Positions 44,186 through 51,586 of a DNA stretch of 64,000 nt are shown in pieces. The number at the start of each line of letters is the position of its first letter. The first letter of the stretch is position 1. The notes beneath the pieces are model-generated. The model searched no databases, was not told the origin of the DNA, and was given only the letters and a program-made list of their open reading frames with translations. Origin of the DNA: a virus; IMG/VR virus record IMGVR_UViG_3300045996_000252, positions 1,310 to 65,309 of that record. The stretch is one strand, 5' to 3'. The position numbers and the translations under genes were made by a program.

Positions 44186-44457
44186 TGTACGGCTGGATCA
44201 TCACGAAGGATCACCTTGGCGACGGCGAAGAAGGCATAATGGGTCCATCATGGATCACGCCCGACATGAGCGCACGCCTAAAGGCTGGCGAGGGCGAGCC
44301 GTTCAGGCTATTTGACGATGACGGCGAACTGTACTATACTGGCCGAGCCATTGACTGCTATGAAGGTGAGCCGCTTTGGGACTTCGGTGCTCCAAATGCG
44401 GGCTGCACGTACATGGAGGAAAAGGTAGACGGCAAGTGGGAGATTACAGTTGGATAA
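44185..44457 (+). CDS. hypothetical protein
   Basis: Starts with MYGWIITKDHLGDGEEG... inside the ORF 44083..44457. Confidence 0.4.
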   Translation: MYGWIITKDHLGDGEEGIMGPSWITPDMSARLKAGEGEPFRLFDDDGELYYTGRAIDCYEGEPLWDFGAPNAGCTYMEEKVDGKWEITVG

Positions 44458-44641
44458 GCACATCTGGCATGTCCCCTTCACGATTGAGGGTACGATTGAG
44501 GTCAGCCACATGGAGCCAATCGACCAGAACACAGCCGAGAGCAATGCGATGGACAGGCTCACGCGGCTAGCACACAGCGAGTTTGCGCGTAGTCGTGAAC
44601 TCACAATCACGGTAGGCACGGATCAGGAGGATTTGACATGA
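44450..44641 (+). CDS. hypothetical protein
   Basis: 63-aa ORF with overlapping coupling to its neighbour. Confidence 0.35.
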   Translation: MDKHIWHVPFTIEGTIEVSHMEPIDQNTAESNAMDRLTRLAHSEFARSRELTITVGTDQEDLT

Positions 44642-44901
44642 CGATGGGATACACTGCGCCTTCGAAGAAGGCGATCAAGGACGCGATCAAGGAGAGCAAC
44701 GCCACTCGTTTTCCGGGGCAAATTTTCGAAGTTGAAGGTCCGCTTGACTTTTGGGCGAACGTGCAGGAGACTTCGTTCTTCGGTCCCGAGGCCAAGGTTC
44801 CGGGCGAGAACACGGTTGTTGGCCCGGATGCGTACACGAATCGCAAGTGGTACGCTACGCTCACGGTCAACGAGCATGGCGTAGTTACGGGAATCCGATG
44901 A
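44638..44901 (+). CDS. hypothetical protein
   Basis: 87-aa ORF. ATGA coupling. Confidence 0.4.
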   Translation: MTMGYTAPSKKAIKDAIKESNATRFPGQIFEVEGPLDFWANVQETSFFGPEAKVPGENTVVGPDAYTNRKWYATLTVNEHGVVTGIR

Positions 44902-45053
44902 TCCTGAGCGCCGCTATGGCGGTATTTCATTGGATGCTGGTACTGCTATACCTGATCGTGGGTGATGCATTCATTGCCCTGCTATGGGTAGTGCCCGCGT
45001 CGATCTGGTCTACGCTTGCATACCTTCAAATACGTGATACATTGGGAGAATGA
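44898..45053 (+). CDS. small membrane protein
   Basis: MILSAAMAVFHWMLVLLYLIVGDAFIALLWVVPASIW. Confidence 0.35.
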   Translation: MILSAAMAVFHWMLVLLYLIVGDAFIALLWVVPASIWSTLAYLQIRDTLGE

Positions 45054-45259
45054 TAATGGACGAGAATCGCATCTGGAATGGCACGGTCGTGAGCACGACC
45101 GATGGGATCAAGGGAGTGGTTATCAGCCAAACCCAAAATCCCGCGTATGTGGTGGTGCGCTACGAGTACCCACATGGCGAGTGGACTGAGCGAGTGCGCG
45201 ATCTGGTCGTGCTTGATGAGCGTCCGATCATCGACGGTACACGCGTACAGCCTTCGTAG
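45050..45259 (+). CDS. hypothetical protein
   Basis: 69-aa ORF. Confidence 0.4.
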   Translation: MIMDENRIWNGTVVSTTDGIKGVVISQTQNPAYVVVRYEYPHGEWTERVRDLVVLDERPIIDGTRVQPS

Positions 45260-45269
45260 AAGGCAGGGC

Positions 45270-45299
45270 TTGACAGCCATGAGATAGTGTTGGCAGCGA
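45270..45299 (+). promoter_or_regulatory. promoter-like motif TTGACAGCCATGAGATAGTGTTGG (family member)
   Basis: Twin of the motif at 41521-41550. Confidence 0.4.
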
Positions 45300-45383
45300 T
45301 GGGGCCGGATGGAAGGTCGGGCCGGGTGAGTTACCCGGTGGCCCTGCATCGCATTTACACATTTTACACATGAGGTACACGAC

Positions 45384-45662
45384 ATGGCTTGTATGAACTG
45401 CACATGGACTAAGGCGAATCACACGAACGCTGTTGCAGCGTCCCTGACTTGCGGGAATTATAGCGAGCGCTTGGTTGCCGAGCGCAACGCTGGACTGACC
45501 GTGGTTCCTGACCGCTGCGCACGGTGTGATGAGGCGCTTACGCCACGTGTCACCAAGGGATCGTACCTGTGCAAGTGCGACCAGCCGCGTGCTCCTCGCA
45601 GCGTGCTACAGGCCGCAGAGCGCAAGCCGCTCACGGGACAAGTACGATATGGAGGCCGATGA
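45384..45662 (+). CDS. Cys-rich protein
   Basis: 92 aa with CMNC...C..C...CARC...CKC. Confidence 0.45.
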   Translation: MACMNCTWTKANHTNAVAASLTCGNYSERLVAERNAGLTVVPDRCARCDEALTPRVTKGSYLCKCDQPRAPRSVLQAAERKPLTGQVRYGGR

Positions 45663-45874
45663 GCATGGACAAGATAACCGCCGTAGACCGTATAATTGAA
45701 GCCGCCCGCGCTGCCGGTGCGGCACAAGCACGGGGAGACAATCGCATGCTTGTCATTGCCGAGCAGGATATCGCAGATAACCGTGAACGCATCATAGATA
45801 GCATTCATGCGTGGTGCGATTGCGGCAAGGGTTCGCTTTGCCCGCAGTTCGGCGCAGACTTCCAGCACGCATAA
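45659..45874 (+). CDS. hypothetical protein
   Basis: MSMDKITAVDRIIEAARAAG..., inside the ORF 45569..45874. Confidence 0.4.
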   Translation: MSMDKITAVDRIIEAARAAGAAQARGDNRMLVIAEQDIADNRERIIDSIHAWCDCGKGSLCPQFGADFQHA

Positions 45875-45991
45875 GAAAGGGAATTGACATGCTACTTCGG
45901 GACATGGTAAACTATCTCGTAGACGTTCTGGAATGCACTCGCACTCAGGCCGTCGCAATCATCACAGCAGCACAGGCGGAGGGTTACACAT

Positions 45992-46225
45992 ATGAACGCT
46001 AAGGAAGGGTGCGCAGTCGCTATTGGTGGCGTTGCACTCATCATCATCCTGTACATTTTCGGTGGTTGGCTTACCAGCGTGGCGTGGAACATCGTGATCC
46101 CACACGCCTTCGGCCTGCCGCATCTGAATTGGGTGCAGGGAATCGGTTTGGCGTACTTGCTGGCCTGCCTTTCAGGCTGGACCGCCCGAACACATGACGC
46201 AGTTATGAAGGGAGTCGCACGATGA
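45992..46225 (+). CDS. small membrane protein
   Basis: GGVALIIILYIFGGWLTSVAW. Confidence 0.4.
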   Translation: MNAKEGCAVAIGGVALIIILYIFGGWLTSVAWNIVIPHAFGLPHLNWVQGIGLAYLLACLSGWTARTHDAVMKGVAR

Positions 46226-46458
46226 GAAGCCTTGAGCAGATCATTCACGACAATGGCAACGACAACACACCAGCACTCGACACGCACAACCTGACTGGAC
46301 GCGCAGCGCCTCGTGGCGTGGAGCCTGAGTGGGTTCCGTTGCAGTCTGACGATCCGATGGACGACTTTGAGGATCGTAACTACGCTTCCACGTTCCTTCT
46401 CGATGACGACGACTACGAGCCGGGGACCGAGTTCTTCGGATGGATTGACTGCGAGTAA
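46222..46458 (+). CDS. acidic hypothetical protein
   Basis: 78 aa, rich in D/E. Confidence 0.4.
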   Translation: MRSLEQIIHDNGNDNTPALDTHNLTGRAAPRGVEPEWVPLQSDDPMDDFEDRNYASTFLLDDDDYEPGTEFFGWIDCE

Positions 46459-46486
46459 CACGCAGGAAGCCCTAAAGGGCTGAGGA

Positions 46487-46505
46487 CTTGACAGCCAAGG
46501 TATAG
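46487..46505 (+). promoter_or_regulatory. promoter-like family motif TTGACAGCC-N7-TATAGTGGTGACAAC
   Basis: TTGACA at 46487-46492 and TATAGT at 46500-46505. The spacer is only 7 nt. There is no upstream -35 box at 17 nt. Confidence 0.35.
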
Positions 46506-46561
46506 TGGTGACAACGAACGGCGACATTGCCGACAAACACGACACATAGGAGGTACACATT

Positions 46562-46777
46562 ATGTCCAAGAGCACCGCCAAGCGTAACCGCAAGCCGAAG
46601 ACCGCCGCTGAGGTCGTTCCGACGCCCGAGGCCATCGCAGAGTTCGGATACATTCGGGCACTGATCCGTGCTCGCAATGCGGCAGGGTTCGTTTCCCCGA
46701 ACAAGGGCAAGGTTCGCCTGACCAAGAAGGAGCAGCGCCTCGCTGACGCTCACCTTCCCGACTTCGTTACTGCCTAA
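46562..46777 (+). CDS. small basic protein
   Basis: 71 aa, K/R-rich, with an RBS (aggaggtacacattATG). Confidence 0.5.
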   Translation: MSKSTAKRNRKPKTAAEVVPTPEAIAEFGYIRALIRARNAAGFVSPNKGKVRLTKKEQRLADAHLPDFVTA

Positions 46778-46803
46778 TTGACAGGCAGCGGGCCACCTGC
46801 TAT
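46775..46803 (+). promoter_or_regulatory. consensus sigma70-like promoter
   Basis: TTGACA at 46775-46780, 17 nt spacer, TATAGT at 46798-46803, then GGTGG. Confidence 0.65.
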
Positions 46804-47383
46804 AGTGGTGGCACCTACATCTGAATACTCAACCGAGGGTGGTATGCTACGGCTCTGCATGATGATGCTGGCTGAGGTACACGGTGGCCCATGCTTGCAT
46901 GGTGTCAACCAATCCGTCAGAGGCTATAGGCTTGTAACCCCGTGCGGTTGGTATGCTTGAGAGAGGTTGCAAACTCGCTCAGGCAGGTAGGTTGAGTGTT
47001 CAGATGTGGGTCATACTCAGGCTCACAGCGGCAGGAGTGCCGACGATATGATGGCGGGTATCGAGAATGCGGGGCAGCCCCTAGATGCCCGCCATCACAA
47101 ATTTTACCTTGCATAAAAAGCGGAGTCTTCGGAGCCTTCGGAGCCTTCGAAGAATCCGCCAAGAATCCGAAGAATCCGGTTATTTTATACAGGGCAAGTC
47201 ATACGCGGTGGGATAGGATTCCAACTTCTTCTCTGTTGGAGCCTCAGTCCGTTGTTCGCTTGCCCTCAGGGGAGTAGGTGCCCGAGGGAACGAGAAGCCG
47301 CGCTGCCTACTCCCCGGCTTACACACAGGTGGTCACGTGGGCCGAAAGAGTCTCGCGGGTTCTTCCCCGCTTGAGCCTAAACG
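46804..47383 (+). ncRNA. candidate structured non-coding RNA / leader (no ORF of 60 aa or more in any frame)
   Basis: 580 nt downstream of a consensus promoter. Tandem 9-mers at 47121-47180. A 10-bp-stem hairpin pairs ggggagtagg (47269-47278) with cctactcccc (47306-47315). Confidence 0.3.
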
Positions 47384-47767
47384 ATGATGTACCATAATGA
47401 TGCAGTGAAGTCCAGTCTGCACGCCTGTACTAATACTAAAGTTTTGAAGGAGGCAATGATGACGGAAACGATTTACGATTCGTACGATGGGGACAAACTT
47501 CCGGGTACGCTTTTGGCGCACGTGGATGAATCTGAGGCGTACGAAGTTGATCAGACGATGATTCGCCTAGACGGCGATGAGTGGATTCTGGCTACGGCCT
47601 CAGGATGCTCATGTTGGGACGGCGAGTGGTCAGTCGAGCGCTACGGCGATCTTGAGTCTCTTTTCCGTGCCCTTGGCGTGGAATCAGACGTTGAGCGCAT
47701 GTACAATCCTACGTTCGCGGGCGTTGAGGCGCTGCGAGCACAGGTGGAAGCGAAGTTGAACGCATGA
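47384..47767 (+). CDS. hypothetical protein (the start is probably MMTETIY at about 47457)
   Basis: 127-aa ORF; an aggaggcaatgatg RBS sits at the internal start. Confidence 0.45.
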   Translation: MMYHNDAVKSSLHACTNTKVLKEAMMTETIYDSYDGDKLPGTLLAHVDESEAYEVDQTMIRLDGDEWILATASGCSCWDGEWSVERYGDLESLFRALGVESDVERMYNPTFAGVEALRAQVEAKLNA

Positions 47768-47994
47768 GCGAGGTCACAGCGGCCTCGCTTATTGCGCGTT
47801 ATGCTTCGCACACTCTCACGTGCATGTACAACGCCACTAAGGCGCGCTCTATGCGCGAGGGCAACGGATACGGCGGGCGTGACTGGATGCTCAGGGAGGC
47901 GTGCACGTGTGGGCTGCGAGCGCTTCTAGCCGCCAACAGCGTGTCCGAACGGCTTTTAGGAGAGGCTAGCGACAATCATCGTCTGGAAAATTAG
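47764..47994 (+). CDS. hypothetical protein
   Basis: 76-aa ORF. ATGA coupling. Confidence 0.4.
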   Translation: MSEVTAASLIARYASHTLTCMYNATKARSMREGNGYGGRDWMLREACTCGLRALLAANSVSERLLGEASDNHRLEN

Positions 47995-48165
47995 GTCCGC
48001 GTTTGATCCCAATTTCCCAATTCAGGCGCACCTAAGAGCCTTCGCCTTCGCGTGAAGGTTGACAAATAAGGAGAGCCATGATAGTCTTACAAAAGTGTCC
48101 GGGTTGCAATCAGAAGATACCGATTGCAGACTTCAAGGAACACATGAAGCAGCACAAGGAGAAAG

Positions 48166-48645
48166 ATGCGTAGATTCTTATTGGCGCTACTCGTACTAAC
48201 GCTGATGATGTTCTCCGCTCCAATGGTGGCAGCGTGCGCACCAGAACCTATCACCGCCAACACGCCTACGGGCATTTCAGGCTGTGAGGTTTGGGGCGAG
48301 GGGATCGGAAGCCATTATGGCCCCGGTGGTGGTGTAGCCATGAATTTCTGTACGTGGGAACGTAGGCATTCGCTAGGTTGCGGATTTGCCACGATCACCA
48401 GTCTGGATACTGGATTGTCGGGCACTTTTCCCATCGTGGATTTTTGCGACTGCTATACTGGCACTGCCAATCAGAGGGTGGTGGATATGCAATTTGGAGT
48501 GTTGGCCGCGCTAGGACTTAGCACTTCGAAAGGATTGTACGCCGTAAACGTACAGCCATCATCAGGACAAGTTGCGCTTGCACAGGTTGCACCAGCGCCG
48601 GTCGAGATAGTGTTGCCTGATACGGCAATGGAAAAGGAGGACTAA
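48166..48645 (+). CDS. secreted lipoprotein with an RlpA-like motif (lytic transglycosylase-like?)
   Basis: Signal peptide plus lipobox (MMFSAPMVAAC). 'GEGIGSHYGPGGGVAMNFC' resembles the G-x-ASWYG motif of RlpA-type enzymes. Ends in the tail VLPDTAMEKED. Confidence 0.35.
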   Translation: MRRFLLALLVLTLMMFSAPMVAACAPEPITANTPTGISGCEVWGEGIGSHYGPGGGVAMNFCTWERRHSLGCGFATITSLDTGLSGTFPIVDFCDCYTGTANQRVVDMQFGVLAALGLSTSKGLYAVNVQPSSGQVALAQVAPAPVEIVLPDTAMEKED

Positions 48646-48915
48646 ATGGATACAGTTATGGTGGAAGTCACCGAGGATGACATTGGCATTCCGGGCAAGT
48701 GGGAAAGCGTAGATGGTACTAAGTTCTGCATGCTCGACAAGGCTATTCGCAGAGCAACGGGAACAACGTTCTACACCATGTTCGGGTCCGCGACCGAAAA
48801 GGATGGACGGCGTGAGATTATGCTTCCGCCCGAGGCTCAAGAGGCACGCAGAGCATGGGATCGCGGGCTTCCTGTGAAGCCGTTCAAGTTTACCGCACCA
48901 ATTGTGGAAAGATAA
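48646..48915 (+). CDS. hypothetical protein
   Basis: 89-aa ORF, start coupled to its neighbour. Confidence 0.4.
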   Translation: MDTVMVEVTEDDIGIPGKWESVDGTKFCMLDKAIRRATGTTFYTMFGSATEKDGRREIMLPPEAQEARRAWDRGLPVKPFKFTAPIVER

Positions 48916-48924
48916 GGAGATTCA

Positions 48925-49869
48925 ATGATTATTGGTATTGTCGCGTTCATCCTGTTAGGGCTGATCGCTGCTGGACTGTTCTTTTACGCGTTCAGCGAGC
49001 CGTCTTACAATGGTGAGGGCGGCTTCAAGTTTGGTGCTTTCGGCGCTGGACTTGTTGTTGCGCTGTTCGCCCTTCTTTCATTCGGCTTCACGCAGATTGA
49101 GCCGGGTCACGTTGGCGTGGTTACGTCATTCGGTCAGGTGCAGAAGGAAACGCTTGCTCCGGGCCTACATTACGTGGTTCCTGTTCTGAATCAGGTCACA
49201 GATATGGACGCTCGCGTGCGAAGTCTGCGCGTTGAGGGTTACACTGCCGCATCCAAGGAGCAGCAGGACTTGTTCATGAATATGACCCTAAACTACCACA
49301 TCATCCCTGAGCGTGCAAGTGAGATTGTCGAGCGCATCGGTACTGACTTCGAAGCGAAGATCATCATGCCGAGATTCCTTGACATTCCCAAGAGCATCAC
49401 GGATGATTACGCTACTACCGTTGTTCTCAATTCACGTGACGAAATCCGTGAGCGCTCAATCGAGGCACTTTCAGCGGCGATTGAGAAGTACGGTTTCGTC
49501 GTTGACACCATCAACATTGAGAACTTCGCTTACAGCGCGGAGTACAACGCAGAAATTGAGGCAAAGCAGCGTGCGGAACAGCAGGTTCAAACGGAACGCC
49601 AGATTCTCGCTCAGAAGGAGATTCAAGCACAGCAAGCAGTTGTGCAGGCTCGTGGTGCGGCGGACGCACGCATCGAGAGTGCTCGTGGAGAGGCCGAGGC
49701 GAACAGACTCCTTACTGAGTCTTTGAACCCTGAGTTGATCCAGTGGACCGCGATCCAGAATCTACAGGATAACATCAACATTGCACTCGTTCCGAGTGAT
49801 GGTGGTTTGATCCTTGACATGGGTTCGGCGCTCACGCCGATTGACGAGCCTGCTGGCGAAGGAGAGTAA
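48925..49869 (+). CDS. SPFH / band-7 (HflK/C, stomatin-like) membrane protein
   Basis: N-terminal TM segment, SPFH core (GHVGVVTSFGQV...), then a long Q/A/E-rich coiled coil. Confidence 0.7.
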   Translation: MIIGIVAFILLGLIAAGLFFYAFSEPSYNGEGGFKFGAFGAGLVVALFALLSFGFTQIEPGHVGVVTSFGQVQKETLAPGLHYVVPVLNQVTDMDARVRSLRVEGYTAASKEQQDLFMNMTLNYHIIPERASEIVERIGTDFEAKIIMPRFLDIPKSITDDYATTVVLNSRDEIRERSIEALSAAIEKYGFVVDTINIENFAYSAEYNAEIEAKQRAEQQVQTERQILAQKEIQAQQAVVQARGAADARIESARGEAEANRLLTESLNPELIQWTAIQNLQDNINIALVPSDGGLILDMGSALTPIDEPAGEGE

Positions 49870-50447
49870 TGGCTGACCGAGATCACAAGTACATATTCTG
49901 GATCGACCTTGAAACAACAGGCTCCGATCTGGACACGGTGAACGAGCACAGCGGCGTACGCACTCGACACGAGATTATCGAGATTGGCGCGGTAATCACG
50001 GACATGAAGTTAAACGTACATGATGGGCGGAGCCATGTGATCGGCCACCAGATCGACATGGAGAATGTCGCTCCCGTGGTCGTGGACATGCACACCAAGA
50101 ATGGGCTGTGGAAGGACGTTGCCAAGTCTACGCTGACGATTGGCGAGGCTGACAACGAACTGGCCGAGTGGATCAAGCGTTTCAACGGAAACGACCACAT
50201 GGCGTTTGCAGGCTCAGGCATCATGCACTTCGACCGCAAGTTCATCCGGCGCGATTTGCCTTTGCTGGACAAGCGGATCACGCATTGGGGTCTGGACGTG
50301 GGAGTGATACGCCGGACGTTCAAATTCCTGCTTGGGTCCGAGGAATGGCCCGAGGACAACAAGAGCCATCGAGCCATTGACGACGCGTTGTTCCACATCG
50401 AGGAAATGCGCTTTGCACTTGACAAGATGCGCACGGGTGTGGTATAG
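49869..50447 (+). CDS. orn: DEDDh 3'-5' exonuclease, oligoribonuclease (Orn)/DnaQ-like
   Basis: Exo I 'FWIDLETTG', Exo II 'FAGSGIMHFDRKF' and Exo III 'HRAIDDA'. Size is 192 aa. Confidence 0.7.
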   Translation: MADRDHKYIFWIDLETTGSDLDTVNEHSGVRTRHEIIEIGAVITDMKLNVHDGRSHVIGHQIDMENVAPVVVDMHTKNGLWKDVAKSTLTIGEADNELAEWIKRFNGNDHMAFAGSGIMHFDRKFIRRDLPLLDKRITHWGLDVGVIRRTFKFLLGSEEWPEDNKSHRAIDDALFHIEEMRFALDKMRTGVV

Positions 50448-50468
50448 TACACACTAAGGAGAAAAATC

Positions 50469-50669
50469 ATGTATCGAGTCGTTCCATCCCCGCTTGGGGG
50501 AGTATGGCTACAAACTGAGAACGGTGTCGTAGTCGCATCTGGTGAAAACGTGCATTCGCTAAAGGCGTATATGCGTATGGCTATGGAGCGGCGCGAATTC
50601 TCACCTTTCGTGTACCTGTATGACGAATTCGGGTCACGAGTCCAATTCAAGGAGTACGTGAAGAACTAA
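50469..50669 (+). CDS. hypothetical protein
   Basis: 66-aa ORF with an RBS (aggagaaaaatcATG). Confidence 0.45.
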   Translation: MYRVVPSPLGGVWLQTENGVVVASGENVHSLKAYMRMAMERREFSPFVYLYDEFGSRVQFKEYVKN

Positions 50670-50986
50670 TGACGATCCTAAACAACAACATGCGTGCCAT
50701 GTTCAACGATAACAAGTCGCCCTTGGTGGCGAATGTGCTCATTGAGCGTGCGCTACGTGGAGATTACAGTCGCACACGCGAAATTGGTCCGGGGGCTGAC
50801 GAGCGCGGAGTTGACATGTTGATCATCGGCACCCTATACTTGATGGTGGCCGACGAGAACACCTATCCCTTGGTGCCCGACACAGAGGCATTCGTGCTTC
50901 GTATCGAGCATGAGCCAAGGATGGTGGACTATTGGATGTTCCCTGACGTTGCTCAGGCAGAGGCATTTATGACGGCAGGAAGTTAA
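50669..50986 (+). CDS. hypothetical protein
   Basis: 105-aa ORF. ATGA coupling. Confidence 0.45.
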   Translation: MTILNNNMRAMFNDNKSPLVANVLIERALRGDYSRTREIGPGADERGVDMLIIGTLYLMVADENTYPLVPDTEAFVLRIEHEPRMVDYWMFPDVAQAEAFMTAGS

Positions 50987-51005
50987 TCCGGGCGCGTTCT
51001 TCGCC

Positions 51006-51042
51006 GGGAGGTCGGGGGCTTAGGCTCCCGACCTTTTACGTA
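51006..51042 (+). terminator. putative terminator hairpin
   Basis: Stem ggtcggg...cccgacc followed by TTTTA; the U-tract is short. Confidence 0.4.
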
Positions 51043-51056
51043 CATGGAGGTAGAAA

Positions 51057-51446
51057 ATGACAAATCAGCGTGACGCCGAACCCAAGACGCCAACCGGCAT
51101 TGAGTTCGCTCATTCCTTGATGACCGACAGTCAGCCGGGGAAGGTGCGCCGCCGTCCGATCAAGGAATGGATCGCAGCCATCGAAGCCGAGGCCGCCACC
51201 GAGCACACCATCGCTGACTGTCGGCGGGCGGTCGAAGATCACATCGGCCAGTCCATCCCCACCGAGTACCGCGCAACGCTAGACGTGGAACGGCTGGCTG
51301 AGGCGTTGCAGAAGGTCGCGGAGTCCAGCGATCCCGACGACGAGTACCCGAGTCCTCTGGATGGGCTGGCATACGATGATATCGCCAGCAAGCGGGCCGC
51401 CCGACTCGTCAGCGTGGAGTACGCCCGCCTCCATGAAGGTGAATAA
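51057..51446 (+). CDS. hypothetical protein
   Basis: 129-aa ORF with an RBS (ggaggtagaaaATG). Confidence 0.5.
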   Translation: MTNQRDAEPKTPTGIEFAHSLMTDSQPGKVRRRPIKEWIAAIEAEAATEHTIADCRRAVEDHIGQSIPTEYRATLDVERLAEALQKVAESSDPDDEYPSPLDGLAYDDIASKRAARLVSVEYARLHEGE

Positions 51447-51464
51447 ACGAGATTTCCAAAATTG

Positions 51465-51489
51465 GTTTATTTTCAAAAACGCGAAAAGG
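51465..51489. promoter_or_regulatory. conserved AT-rich motif GTTTATTTTCAAAAnnGCGAAA, copy 1
   Basis: A near-identical roughly 45-bp block occurs at 55950-55990. Confidence 0.4.
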
Positions 51490-51533
51490 CGACTTTCGGT
51501 TTCGAATTTTCGGGAGCGCGATTCAAGAGAGGC

Positions 51534-51562
51534 TTGACAGCCAGCCAAGGACCGGCTAAAGT
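51534..51562 (+). promoter_or_regulatory. sigma70-like promoter for the amidoligase operon
   Basis: TTGACAGCC at 51534, 17 nt spacer, TAAAGT at 51557-51562, then GGTGGG. An RBS (aaaggaggagac) precedes the ATG at 51587. Confidence 0.6.
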
Positions 51563-51586
51563 GGTGGGACACAGAAAGGAGGAGAC

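Noticed and set aside
41521-46505. Calling all TTGACAGCC motifs canonical sigma70 promoters
   Set aside because: Three of them have only 7-9 nt between TTGACA and the TAnAGT box. That is incompatible with a standard -35/-10 geometry, so they are reported as a motif family rather than as promoters.
46804-47383. tmRNA in the ORF-free structured region
   Set aside because: No tRNA-like 3' end (T-arm GGTTCGA...CCA) and no ...ALAA* tag reading frame could be found.
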